54,873 bases of DNA, taken from the NCBI GenBank assembly GCA_025062415.1, contig JANXAH010000037.1, forward strand, positions 1 through 54,873, in the 5' to 3' direction. This DNA is from Anaerolineae bacterium. Its GTDB lineage: Bacteria; Chloroflexota; Anaerolineae; B4-G1; DUEL01. Under the pieces are notes generated by a model. The model worked only from the letters and a program-made list of their open reading frames with translations. It was not told where the DNA came from and searched no databases. This document shows positions 9,881 through 18,825 of the stretch, in pieces. Position 1 is the stretch's first letter; the number at the start of each line of letters is the position of its first letter. The translations under genes and the position numbers were made by a program.

Positions 9881-10321
9881 ATGGGAGCAGCAGAAAGGGA
9901 GAAACACCTGCGAATCGTTGCGGAAATTCTGTTAATTCACTTGCCTGGCGTCCTCAAAGACCAGGCACTGGCTAAAGACCTGCTCTCCGTTGTCAGTGTG
10001 GCCCTGCGCGCAGCGTGGGAAGACGCGATGAAATCTGCTGAGGTATGGGATAGCAAGCACTATCACGTGCGCGCGGACCAGTTGCGAGATGAGTGGACCT
10101 GGGCCCTGGCCGCTGCCAACACTGCGGAAGGGCTGGCAGAACGGGATGCCCCGGTTACCCGGGAACATCTGGACCGACTCCGAAAACTGATCCATCATCC
10201 CCTGGAGCCTCCCGGGCGGCCCATCATCCGCAACCTGGAGGCCTTTCGTGGCGCAGCCAAAGCGAACCGTGAGCGCCAGCGTCGCACCGGACGCAAGACC
10301 CCGAACCGTTCTATGGTATAA
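9881..10321 (+). CDS. Hypothetical protein (146 aa)
   Basis: ORF with neighbour-like codon usage and a basic C-terminal tail. No recognisable motif. Confidence 0.5.
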   Translation: MGAAEREKHLRIVAEILLIHLPGVLKDQALAKDLLSVVSVALRAAWEDAMKSAEVWDSKHYHVRADQLRDEWTWALAAANTAEGLAERDAPVTREHLDRLRKLIHHPLEPPGRPIIRNLEAFRGAAKANRERQRRTGRKTPNRSMV

Positions 10322-10361
10322 TGAAGAGCCCTCCGACTTCGGCTGGCATAGGGGGAGTGCG

Positions 10362-12020
10362 ATGAAAGTCGTTACTGTCGCTCAGATGCGGGCCATAGAG
10401 GCAACGTCGGATGCGGCTGGGCATACTTACGAGATGATGATGGAACGGGCTGGCTATGCTGTGGCCCGGGCGCTGATGGCCCGGCAGAACGTGGAAAAAA
10501 AGCGCATTCTGGTCCTGGTGGGGCCGGGCAACAATGGCGGCGATGGCCTTGTCGCTGCCCGCTACCTGGCCCGGGCTGGGGCCGATGTTGTCTGCTATCT
10601 GGCCCGACCCCGCGATCCCCAGGTTGACCCCAACTACCGGGCCCTTCAGGAACAGGGGATCCCCTCTCTGCTGGTGGACGAAGACCCCGGTAATGCCAGG
10701 CTTCGCAAACTGGCGTCTATGGCTGATGTGGTGATAGATGCCCTCCTGGGAACGGGGGCTGCGCCGCCCCTGAAAGGCGCTATTGCCCAGATTCTCCAGG
10801 TTGTTGGCGAAGTTATCCGGGAACGGACAAGGTCCCCCGTTCCGGATTTAGCGCGTGTCGGAGGAATTCCCGATCCCCCGGTTCAGCGTCGGCCCCTCGT
10901 GGTTGCGGTGGATGGTCCCAGCGGGATGGATTTTGACACCGGTGCCCTGGACGACCTATCTCTCCAGGCTGACCTGACAGTTACTTTTGCCTACCCCAAA
11001 CAGGGACACTTTCGCTTCCCCGCAGCGGCCGCGGTGGGCGAACTTCTTGTCGCCGACATCGGCACTGACCCCACCCTCGCAGCCGATGTGGACCTGGAAG
11101 TGGTTACCCCGGAGATGGTTCGGGACTGGCTTCCTCCGCGTCCTCTTGATGCCCATAAAGGCACTTTTGGACGGGCCCTAATCGTTGCAGGTTCTGCCAA
11201 CTACACCGGCGCAGCCCGCCTGGCGGGAGCCGCTGCCGTGCGAGCCGGGGCCGGCCTGGTGACACTGGCCCTCCCTGCGTCCATCCACAGTGCAGTCGCA
11301 GCAGGACTGGCAGAGGCCACCTACCTGCTTCTTCCTCACGAGTTGGGCGTCCTTTCCGAGCCCGCCGCAGAGATTCTGGCGGAATATACCCGGCAATACG
11401 ACGCGATGCTCCTGGGTCCCGGTCTGGGACGGGAAAAAGAAACGGTGGAATTCGTGAAGGCCCTATTAGGAGGGACAGAGCGGCGCGCAGCGGGCTTCCT
11501 TCGGGCCGATGAGGGGGCTGTTCAAAAGGTCTTCCTACCCCCCCTGATCGTGGACGCCGACGGACTGAACATTCTGGCAGAACTCCCGGGCTGGCCCTCG
11601 CTCCTTCCTCCCCAGACCATTCTAACGCCCCATCCCGGCGAGATGGCACGGCTGATGAAGAGCACAGTTGCAGAAGTCCAGGCGGACCGGGTTGAAGTGG
11701 CACGCCGACAGGCGCGCGAATGGGGGCACATCATCGTTCTGAAAGGGGCATTTACGGTGGTCGCGGCGCCGGACGGCCGAACGGTGATAGAGCCGTTCGC
11801 CAATCCAGCCCTGGCTACGGGGGGAACGGGAGACGTTCTGGCCGGGACGATCGTTGCACTGCGGGCCCAGGGTCTGGGGCCCTTTGAGGCCGCCGCGGCG
11901 GGAGCGTACCTCCATGGACTGGCAGGGGAACTGGCCCGATCCTCCCTGGGCCGGGCGGGCGTCGCCGCAGGAGACCTGCCTGCCCGCCTTCCGGAAGCCT
12001 GGAGGCGGGTAACCGGGTGA
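10362..12020 (+). CDS. nnr: Bifunctional NAD(P)H-hydrate repair enzyme (epimerase + ADP-dependent dehydratase)
   Basis: ATG 10362 follows GGGGGAG. YjeF_N motif VLVGPGNNGGDGLVAARYL, and C-terminal carbohydrate-kinase motifs (HKGTFGRALIVAGS, GGTGDVLAG). Confidence 0.9.
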   Translation: MKVVTVAQMRAIEATSDAAGHTYEMMMERAGYAVARALMARQNVEKKRILVLVGPGNNGGDGLVAARYLARAGADVVCYLARPRDPQVDPNYRALQEQGIPSLLVDEDPGNARLRKLASMADVVIDALLGTGAAPPLKGAIAQILQVVGEVIRERTRSPVPDLARVGGIPDPPVQRRPLVVAVDGPSGMDFDTGALDDLSLQADLTVTFAYPKQGHFRFPAAAAVGELLVADIGTDPTLAADVDLEVVTPEMVRDWLPPRPLDAHKGTFGRALIVAGSANYTGAARLAGAAAVRAGAGLVTLALPASIHSAVAAGLAEATYLLLPHELGVLSEPAAEILAEYTRQYDAMLLGPGLGREKETVEFVKALLGGTERRAAGFLRADEGAVQKVFLPPLIVDADGLNILAELPGWPSLLPPQTILTPHPGEMARLMKSTVAEVQADRVEVARRQAREWGHIIVLKGAFTVVAAPDGRTVIEPFANPALATGGTGDVLAGTIVALRAQGLGPFEAAAAGAYLHGLAGELARSSLGRAGVAAGDLPARLPEAWRRVTG

Positions 12021-12023
12021 ACC

Positions 12024-12212
12024 CTACCCGCCGGAGACGACGGAGACCAGTTTTACCGTATCTTCTGGCTCCAGAATAGTGTCCTCCGTAAGAAGTTTTC
12101 CATCCCGGACTGCCAGCACTGTCTCCGGGATGAGCCCCACCTTTTCTATGGCCTGGCGGACGGTCATCCGCCCAGAAAGTTCCCATTCTTTGTCCCGGTA
12201 GATCAGCCGCAT
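12024..12212 (-). CDS. ThiS/MoaD-family ubiquitin-like small protein ending in Gly-Gly (62 aa)
   Basis: The size, the beta-grasp-like pattern and the C-terminal ...VSVVSGG are diagnostic of sulfur-carrier or ubiquitin-like proteins. Confidence 0.65.
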   Translation of the reverse strand: MRLIYRDKEWELSGRMTVRQAIEKVGLIPETVLAVRDGKLLTEDTILEPEDTVKLVSVVSGG

Positions 12213-12271
12213 CTTTTCAGCCCCAGATATCCCTCAATTTCTGCAGCGGTCCGGCCGCTGCGACGGAAAGA

Positions 12272-12312
12272 GGGGGCTTTTGCGGGCGGCCGAGCCGCCC
12301 GCAAAAGCCCCC
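12272..12312. terminator. Perfect 19-bp hairpin (GGGGG-C-TTTT-GCGGGCGGC / cga / GCCGCCCGC-AAAA-G-CCCCC)
   Basis: Direct reading. It sits between the ferredoxin stop (12320) and the ThiS-like start (12212), with T/A-rich flanks on both sides. Confidence 0.75.
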
Positions 12313-12319
12313 CGTTTTT

Positions 12320-12721
12320 CTACGGCGCCGGTGTGGGCATCTCCACGATCGCCAGCGCGTCGGCGGGACACTCTTTCACGCACTGCCCACATGCCACGCA
12401 CTTGAAGGGCTCCAGCAGGTCCGGGTGGTAGAACATCGCCAGATACGGGCAGAACCCCACGCAGGAGAGGCATCCCACGCAGAGTTGCTTGCGAAGGCGG
12501 ACGATCCCCTGCCGGTCCCGATAAAGAGCCTCCGTCGGACAAACAGGGATACATTCGCCACACTGGACGCAGAACGTCGCTTGGAGCGGTCCCGTTCCCT
12601 CGTCCTTAATCACGATGCTGGATTTGGCCAGATCGTGAGTCTTGAACCAGGTCTCCGCGCAGACCTCCTCGCAGATGTGGCAGCCGACGCAACGTTCCGG
12701 GCTATAGGAGAGAACCTTCAT
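12320..12721 (-). CDS. Polyferredoxin with four CxxCxxCxxxC(P) [4Fe-4S] motifs (133 aa)
   Basis: CVGCHICEEVC, CVQCGECIPVCP, CVGCLSCVGFCP and CVACGQCVKECP. The start is taken at the internal ATG 12721 (MKVLSYSPERC). Confidence 0.85.
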   Translation of the reverse strand: MKVLSYSPERCVGCHICEEVCAETWFKTHDLAKSSIVIKDEGTGPLQATFCVQCGECIPVCPTEALYRDRQGIVRLRKQLCVGCLSCVGFCPYLAMFYHPDLLEPFKCVACGQCVKECPADALAIVEMPTPAP

Positions 12722-12755
12722 CGTTTCGCTCCTATGGGAGGTGATGTGTGGAAGA

Positions 12756-13451
12756 TTACCGTGAACTCTCCGGAGGCCGGAGCGGAACCCACCCATGGCG
12801 CAGGGCATACACGGTTGCCTGAGTGCGGTCCGCTACGCCCAGTTTGCTCAGGATAGCGGTTACATGATTTTTGACCGTCTGGTGGCTGATGCCCAGCCGA
12901 TAAGCGATTTCTTTATTAGTCAGCCCGGCGACCATCAGCCGCAGAACTTCCATTTCCCGTGCCGACAGGGGAGACGGCAGGAATTTCTCCGGGATCAACT
13001 CCCCTCCGAACTGGCGATACCGCTCCTGAAGCCATTCGGCCAGTTGTTCCCGGTTCAACACGCGGTTTCGCACCACGTAGGCACCGGATCGGACCAGACG
13101 GATGGTCCGAATGAGTTGATGGGGTTCCACGTCCTTCGCATGATACGCGGAGGCTCCAAAACGGACGGCGTGATACACTTGCTCCTCGTCGTCATAAGCT
13201 GTCAGGATAACGACCTGAACATCCGGGAAGGTATCTTTAATTCGCTGGGTCGCCTCCAGGCCGTTGATTTTGGGGAGGTTGACATCCATCACCACGACAT
13301 CGGGAGAGCACTCCCGCACCATTGCCAGCGCTTCCTCGCCGTCCCCTGCCTCTCCAACAACCTCCAGGTCCTCCTCCGCTGCGATGACCTGACGGAGCCC
13401 CTCCCGGAAGAAGGGATGGTCGTCCACAATCAGAACGCGGGTCCCGCCCAT
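12756..13451 (-). CDS. NarL/LuxR-family response regulator
   Basis: Start at internal ATG 13451 (MGGTRVLIVDDHPFFREGL). DVVVMDVNLP receiver, and a C-terminal LSAREMEVLRLMVAGLTNKEIAYRLGISHQTVKNHV HTH. Confidence 0.9.
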   Translation of the reverse strand: MGGTRVLIVDDHPFFREGLRQVIAAEEDLEVVGEAGDGEEALAMVRECSPDVVVMDVNLPKINGLEATQRIKDTFPDVQVVILTAYDDEEQVYHAVRFGASAYHAKDVEPHQLIRTIRLVRSGAYVVRNRVLNREQLAEWLQERYRQFGGELIPEKFLPSPLSAREMEVLRLMVAGLTNKEIAYRLGISHQTVKNHVTAILSKLGVADRTQATVYALRHGWVPLRPPESSR

Positions 13452-13627
13452 TTCCACCCCCCTTTCTTGTGGCCTGGAAATTAGTATACCACAACCCGGC
13501 CAGTTGTAAAATTTGGGGGAAATGATTTTTAGCCATAGCAGATGCATCGTTGTATTGCGTTTGGATATTTCCAGAGGTTGGTTTATAATACCTGATGAAC
13601 TATTGTGTCACCTTTCTGGAGGGAGAC

Positions 13628-14770
13628 ATGGCCCGGGTTCTGGTGGTGGACGACAATCTGGATTTGCTTCGGATGGTCCAGATGCTCCTGGAGGAACGGG
13701 GTGGGCATCAGGTTGTCTTGAGCACCAGTGGAGAGGATGCCCTGGAAAAAGCCCGGGCGAATCCCCCAGACCTGGCAATTATAGACGTTATGATGCCGGG
13801 AATGACAGGCTATGAACTTTGCCGCCGTTTGCGCCAGGAGCCTTCCACTGCGCATATCCCCATCCTGATTCTGACAGCCCGTGGACAACCGATAGACCGG
13901 GAGACGGCCCTCGCCTCCGGAGCGGACGACTACCTGGCTAAGCCAGTAACCATGAGCGAACTTCTGGATCGGGTCAATCGTCTTCTGGCCCGTGGAGGAG
14001 CAGGTCCTACCACTCGGGGAGTCCTTGCGATGCTGGGGCTCCGGGGAGGCGTTGGCGTCACCACGATGGCCGTTAATCTGGCCCTTGCCCTGGCCCGATC
14101 CGCGCCGGAACAGGTCTGCCTGGTGGACCTTTCTCCCTCTTCGGGGCATCTTGCGCTCCATCTGGGCCTGCGACCAGACCCAAACTGGTCCTCCCTTTCC
14201 CTTCTTCCATCGCCTCCGGGAACGGAGACGCTCCGGAGTTATCTCATCACCCATTCCTCGGGGGTGCATCTCCTGGCTGCTCCCTTTGTTCCCGTGATAG
14301 GAGGAGGGCTCCAGCGGGATATGGTTATGGCCATTCTCTCCGCCCTTCAGGCTACTTTCTCTGCGGTGGTTGTGGACCTTCCCACTGTCCTAACGGAGGG
14401 ATCTGTTGCCGTCTTGGAGGCTGCCAGGGCTATCGGGGTGGTGACTACTCCTGAGCCTGCCGCTCTTCAGACGACGATCGGAACGCTTCAGGCTCTGAAG
14501 CCCTTCCACCACAAAGTGCACCTGATTGTGAACCAGATTTTTCCGGGCCATCTCCCCTCCGGCAGCGCCCTGCAGCGTATTCTTCGGCATCCGATTTCCG
14601 CGATGATCCCGTTTGAGCCCAAACAATCTCAGGCCCTGGCTCAGGGGAAACCCCTGCTTCTGGGGCATCCCGACTCTCCCTTTTCCCAGGCAGTTCTCCG
14701 GTTGGGTGCCGAAATCTGGAAATCCCCCGCCCTGGAGGTTCCCCAGCGTCTCTCAGCCGTCTCACCCTGA
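13628..14770 (+). CDS. Response-regulator receiver fused to a ParA/MinD-like (CpaE/TadZ-type) domain with a deviant Walker A
   Basis: MARVLVVDDNLDLL...IIDVMMPGMTGYEL receiver, then LGLRGGVGVTTMAVNLALALA (the P-loop Lys is replaced by Val). Confidence 0.8.
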   Translation: MARVLVVDDNLDLLRMVQMLLEERGGHQVVLSTSGEDALEKARANPPDLAIIDVMMPGMTGYELCRRLRQEPSTAHIPILILTARGQPIDRETALASGADDYLAKPVTMSELLDRVNRLLARGGAGPTTRGVLAMLGLRGGVGVTTMAVNLALALARSAPEQVCLVDLSPSSGHLALHLGLRPDPNWSSLSLLPSPPGTETLRSYLITHSSGVHLLAAPFVPVIGGGLQRDMVMAILSALQATFSAVVVDLPTVLTEGSVAVLEAARAIGVVTTPEPAALQTTIGTLQALKPFHHKVHLIVNQIFPGHLPSGSALQRILRHPISAMIPFEPKQSQALAQGKPLLLGHPDSPFSQAVLRLGAEIWKSPALEVPQRLSAVSP

Positions 14771-14846
14771 GCCGTAATTGGCCTGTAACTCCTCTGTAAC
14801 CACCTCCGAGTCTGAGAACGGTAAAATCCTTAAGAAGGAGACGCGA

Positions 14847-15707
14847 ATGCCCCGGGTAGGAATTCTAACCGACACAACGGCCAGCATCCCCAAGCCACTG
14901 GTGGAGGAACTGGATATAGAACTGGTTTCCTACTATATTCACCGGGGCCTGGAAACCCTCCGGGACGAGGTGGATATAGATACCGATACGCTTGCCCAAT
15001 ACTTAGAGCGCGCGGATACGTTGCCCACCACTTCCAACCCCAGTCCGGGGGATTACCTGGTGGGCTTCCAGCGACTTCTGGAGCGTACCCGGGAAATTGT
15101 TGCCCTGACGATGACCTCTAAAGGAAGCGGAGCCTTTCAGTCCTGTCGGGCGGCGGTGGAGATCTTACGGGAGCGGGTCCCGGACCTCCGGGTTGAGGTG
15201 GTGGATACCCTGCAGGTCGCTATGGCTCACGGGTGGGCTGCCATTGAGGCGGCCCGGGCCGCCCTGGCTGGTCAGACCCTGGGGCAGGTCGCGGCTCGGG
15301 CCCGGGAGGTGGCCCGACGGGCGATGATGATCCAGACTGCCGACACGCTCCGCTACCTGCATATGGGTGGGCGTATCGGCCGTGCTCAGCATCTCGTAGG
15401 CACTCTGCTCAACATCAAGCCCATTATCGGTATGGAGGAGGGGATTATCGTTGCCCTGGGGACCGCCCGAAGCCTCCAGCGGGCCTTTACGCGCATCGTG
15501 GAGTTGATGGAGGAGCGAGTCGGCCAGGGTGCCCGGATCAAAGTGGCTTTTACACACGTCGCGGCGCTGGACCGGCTTCGGCGGCTGCGCGAGATGGTGT
15601 TAGAAGCCTTTGATTGTGTAGAAGTTCTGACTACCTCTCTCTCCCCTGCTTTGGCGGTCCATTCCGGCCCCGGAACGGTGGGGGTCTGCTTTTTCCCTAC
15701 GGACTGA
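14847..15707 (+). CDS. DegV-family fatty-acid-binding protein
   Basis: ATG 14847 follows AAGGAG. VGILTDTTASIP..., TTSNPSPGDY and LRYLHMGGRIG are DegV signatures. Confidence 0.88.
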   Translation: MPRVGILTDTTASIPKPLVEELDIELVSYYIHRGLETLRDEVDIDTDTLAQYLERADTLPTTSNPSPGDYLVGFQRLLERTREIVALTMTSKGSGAFQSCRAAVEILRERVPDLRVEVVDTLQVAMAHGWAAIEAARAALAGQTLGQVAARAREVARRAMMIQTADTLRYLHMGGRIGRAQHLVGTLLNIKPIIGMEEGIIVALGTARSLQRAFTRIVELMEERVGQGARIKVAFTHVAALDRLRRLREMVLEAFDCVEVLTTSLSPALAVHSGPGTVGVCFFPTD

Positions 15708-15797
15708 GATTCAGAGAAATATTTTCACTTGGGAACCCATATAGAAGGGGTGCGCAAATTTGAGACACACGGGTGTGTCCCAACTTTGTTCCCAGAG

Positions 15798-15825
15798 TTG
15801 ACTTGCTGGCAGTGAATAGTATAAT
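15798..15825 (+). promoter_or_regulatory. Sigma-70-like promoter (TTGACT-16 nt-TATAAT) with a ~140-nt leader before the DUF4388 gene
   Basis: TTGACT at 15798-15803 and TATAAT at 15820-15825, in a locally AT-rich 260-nt intergenic region. Confidence 0.45.
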
Positions 15826-15968
15826 CAAAGTTCAGTTGAGGCTTATAGAAACTGCGCATTCCGAAAGAAGGTCTGTTTTTACTCTGCAGCAGATGGCGGG
15901 GCGTTGCGGAGAAGGGTGAGACCAAATAATTTTATTTTTCCTTTATATCGCCGAAGGACAGACGGTTT

Positions 15969-16811
15969 ATGGCCCTGAAAGGAAATCTTCAAGATTTCAG
16001 TGCAACACAACTTCTTCACCTGATTAACCTGGCCCGAAAGACAGGAACGTTGGTCGTAGAGGCGCCGCAGCAGGAACGGGCCCGGTTGTCCTTCAAGGAG
16101 GGGAAACTCATTTACGCGTCCCTGGACGGGCAGGATGACCGCCTGGTGAGCGTCCTTCAGCGGGCTGGGAAGATCTCGGAGGAACTGGCCAGAACCATCC
16201 GGGCGCGCTCCGACATAAAAGACGACCGGGAATTAGGATTGCTCCTAATCAACGCGGGCTATGTTACCCAGAAGGACATCCTGGAGAGCGTCCGGGCCTA
16301 TGTTCTGGATATTGTCTACAAACTCTTTACCTGGCCTGAGGGGGTGTTCCGCTTTGAGCCCAACGTCCTCCCGGTAGAAGGGCGCGTGACGGTTTCCATA
16401 GACCTGGAAAATGTAATTATGGAAGGCAGCCGCCGCCTGAAAGAATGGGAGCGGCTACAGGAGGAAATCCCCAACCTGGATATGGCTCTCCGTTTCACCG
16501 ATCGCCCCGATGCCCGCCTGCGGTCCATTCAGTTGACCGTGGATGAATGGCGGGTGGTTTCGTTTATTAACCCCCGCAACACCATCCGTCAGATTGCCCA
16601 GTACAACAATATGAGCGATTTTCAGATTCGGCGCATCGTCTATGGCCTTCTCCAGGCTGGTCTTGTGGAACTAATCCCGCCGGAAGGGGTGGAGGTGAAA
16701 CCGCCGCCTGGGGCCCCTCCAGCGCCTACCGTGGTTCCTCCTATTCAGCGACGCCCAGCCGTCAAACGCAGCATCATTCAGAAACTCATAGACCGCATCC
16801 GGGAGTTGTAA
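15969..16811 (+). CDS. PATAN/DUF4388-domain protein with a DUF742-like winged-helix C-terminus
   Basis: N-terminus MALKGNLQDFSATQLLHLINLARKTGTLVVE...LSFKEGKLIYAS is the DUF4388/PATAN signature. C-terminal TVDEWRVVSFINPRNTIRQIAQYNNMSDFQIRRIVYGLLQAGLVEL resembles the conservon CvnC HTH. Confidence 0.8.
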   Translation: MALKGNLQDFSATQLLHLINLARKTGTLVVEAPQQERARLSFKEGKLIYASLDGQDDRLVSVLQRAGKISEELARTIRARSDIKDDRELGLLLINAGYVTQKDILESVRAYVLDIVYKLFTWPEGVFRFEPNVLPVEGRVTVSIDLENVIMEGSRRLKEWERLQEEIPNLDMALRFTDRPDARLRSIQLTVDEWRVVSFINPRNTIRQIAQYNNMSDFQIRRIVYGLLQAGLVELIPPEGVEVKPPPGAPPAPTVVPPIQRRPAVKRSIIQKLIDRIREL

Positions 16812-17354
16812 ATGCAGATCGTCAAAATGGTGGTCACCGGACCCTTCGCTGCAGGCAAGACGCAGTTCATCCGCACCATCAGCGAGATAGATGTCGTCGC
16901 CACCGAGGCCAAGATCACTCGTCCGGAGGAGCGGATCAAGAACGAAACCACGGTGGCGATGGATTTTGGGCGGATTACCATAGACGACGATTTGGTCCTG
17001 TATCTCTTCGGGACGCCGGGACAACGTCGGTTTGAGTTTATGTGGGAAATCCTCTCCGAGGGGATGCTGGGATTTGTTGTGATAGTGGATAGCACCCGTC
17101 CCGAGACGTTCCGGGAGGCCCGTCTGATTCTGGATACTTTTCGCTCCTATGCCCCCGTCCCATACGTGGTGGCAGCCAACAAGCAGGACCTGGAAGACGC
17201 CTGGGCGCCGGAGGATCTGCGCATTGCCCTCCGGATTGACCCAACCATCAAAGTGATTCCCTGCGTGGCAACCGACAAAGAGAGTGTGAAAAACGTCCTG
17301 CTGGAACTTCTGTACTCCATTCTGGAACTGATGGAGGAAGAAGAAGCCACATAA
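16812..17354 (+). CDS. Small Ras-like GTPase of the CvnD/MglA-related (COG2229) family
   Basis: G1 GPFAAGKT, TTVAMDFGRI, G3 LYLFGTPGQRRF and G4 NKQD closely follow the conservon CvnD pattern. TAAATG junction with the upstream gene. Confidence 0.88.
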   Translation: MQIVKMVVTGPFAAGKTQFIRTISEIDVVATEAKITRPEERIKNETTVAMDFGRITIDDDLVLYLFGTPGQRRFEFMWEILSEGMLGFVVIVDSTRPETFREARLILDTFRSYAPVPYVVAANKQDLEDAWAPEDLRIALRIDPTIKVIPCVATDKESVKNVLLELLYSILELMEEEEAT

Positions 17355-17429
17355 CCTGTAGACCCGGCGTTCCTGTTCTTCTTAAGGGCCGAGAACCCGG
17401 TGGCGACATCCGACGAGGAGAACCAGACG

Positions 17430-18215
17430 ATGAGCTCCATTGTCACCGACCGGGGAGTGATCCACTACGAGACTTTTGGACGAGGGCAGCCCGTTATTCT
17501 GCTCCATTGCTGGCTGGGTTCCTGGAACTATTGGCTCAGCACAATGGAGGCCCTGAGCGATGGTTATAAAACTTACGCCCTGGATTTTTGGGGGTTCGGA
17601 GAATCGGGGAAGCAGGGGCTGCAGTTCCGGGTCTCGGATTATGTGGAGATGGTCCATCAGTTTATGGACCAATTGGGTATCCTCAGGGCGCGGGTGATGG
17701 GACACTCCATGGGAGGAACCGTTTCCCTCGCCTTTGGCCTGGCCCACCCGACCCGGGTCCAGAAAATTGCCATCGTCGGTTCTCCCATCACGGGCGATGG
17801 CCTGGCACTGGCGCTGAAACTGGCTGCGAAGAAACCCCTTGCGGCCCTCGCCTACAACTTACCTGGCCTTCTCCCATGGGGGGTCCGTCTGGCCTCGCCC
17901 TTCCTGACCCGTGACTGGCGGCGCTGGTCCGAGATGTTTGAGCAGGACCTTTCCAAAACGACCCTGGAGTCCTTCCACTACAGCATCGCTTCTCTCCGGA
18001 AAACCGACCTGCGCCCTCGGCTCAAAGAAATCCGGGTGCCCATCCTGGGCATTTATGGTCACAACGATAGGATTGTGAATCCCAACCAGGGGGAAATCCT
18101 GGCCAGCGGGAACCCTCTGGCCCAAGTTGTCTACTTTGAGCGCTCGGGACACTTTCCAATGCTGGATGAGGAAGAGCGTTTTCACCGGACCCTGAGGGAA
18201 TTCCTGGATAGATAG
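17430..18215 (+). CDS. Alpha/beta-hydrolase (intact Ser-Asp-His triad)
   Basis: HG box ILLHCWLGS, nucleophile elbow GHSMGG (Ser codon 17706-17708), HNDRIV, SGHFPMLDE. The N-terminus MSSIVTDRGVIHYETFGRG aligns with the paralog at 28259. Alternative GTG start at 17400. Confidence 0.88.
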   Translation: MSSIVTDRGVIHYETFGRGQPVILLHCWLGSWNYWLSTMEALSDGYKTYALDFWGFGESGKQGLQFRVSDYVEMVHQFMDQLGILRARVMGHSMGGTVSLAFGLAHPTRVQKIAIVGSPITGDGLALALKLAAKKPLAALAYNLPGLLPWGVRLASPFLTRDWRRWSEMFEQDLSKTTLESFHYSIASLRKTDLRPRLKEIRVPILGIYGHNDRIVNPNQGEILASGNPLAQVVYFERSGHFPMLDEEERFHRTLREFLDR

Positions 18216-18217
18216 GT

Positions 18218-18823
18218 ATGGACGACCTCCACATCCCGAACAAGATGGGGCGCATTCTCCTTTTGGCGCTGGAGGAAATCCTGGGAGAGGATGACCTGCA
18301 GACTGTCTTGGCGCGGGCTGGCCTGCGCGATCTCAGGGATTATCCCCCCGACAACCTGGAGCGTGCCTTCCCCATCCCCTGGGTCCCCCGGCTGACGGTC
18401 GCGCTGGAGGACCTCTATGGCGTCCGGGAGGGTCGGAACCTGGCCTTTCGCGCGGGGCACGCCTGCTTCCACCTCGGCGCTCAGGACCTCTCCTTGTTCT
18501 TGGACGTCCTTCGGGTGGCCTTGCGATTACTTCCCCAAAACTTTCGTCTCCAGACGGGCCTGCAGATCCTGGCGGAAGTTTTCAATCGTTTCACCCCTCA
18601 ATCCGTTCGGGTTGAGGAGGCCGAGGGTGTCTACCGCTGGGTCGTGGAGAACTGTGGATTTTGCCTGGGGCGGGTCGCAACCGCTCCCTGTTGCCATCTT
18701 ATGGGCGGTCTCCTTCAGGCGACGCTCGCTTGGTTTGTGGGCAAGTCCGTTTCCGTGACCGAAACCACCTGCATTGCCAACGGAGCTCCTCATTGCACCC
18801 TGCAGGTTGAACCCGGGGTGTAG
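18218..18823 (+). CDS. V4R (4-vinyl reductase-like) small-ligand-binding domain protein
   Basis: C-terminal cysteine pattern ENCGFCLG...PCCHLMGGLLQATL...ETTCIANGAPHCTLQV is typical of V4R/BchJ/XylR-N domains. Starts 2 nt after the hydrolase stop. Confidence 0.75.
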   Translation: MDDLHIPNKMGRILLLALEEILGEDDLQTVLARAGLRDLRDYPPDNLERAFPIPWVPRLTVALEDLYGVREGRNLAFRAGHACFHLGAQDLSLFLDVLRVALRLLPQNFRLQTGLQILAEVFNRFTPQSVRVEEAEGVYRWVVENCGFCLGRVATAPCCHLMGGLLQATLAWFVGKSVSVTETTCIANGAPHCTLQVEPGV

Positions 18824-18825
18824 GA

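Noticed and set aside
15725-15925. 66-aa minus-strand ORF in the AT-rich leader upstream of the DUF4388 gene
   Set aside because: It has no RBS and atypical composition, and it overlaps the predicted promoter and leader. I also tested the leader by eye against c-di-GMP riboswitch cores and found no match.
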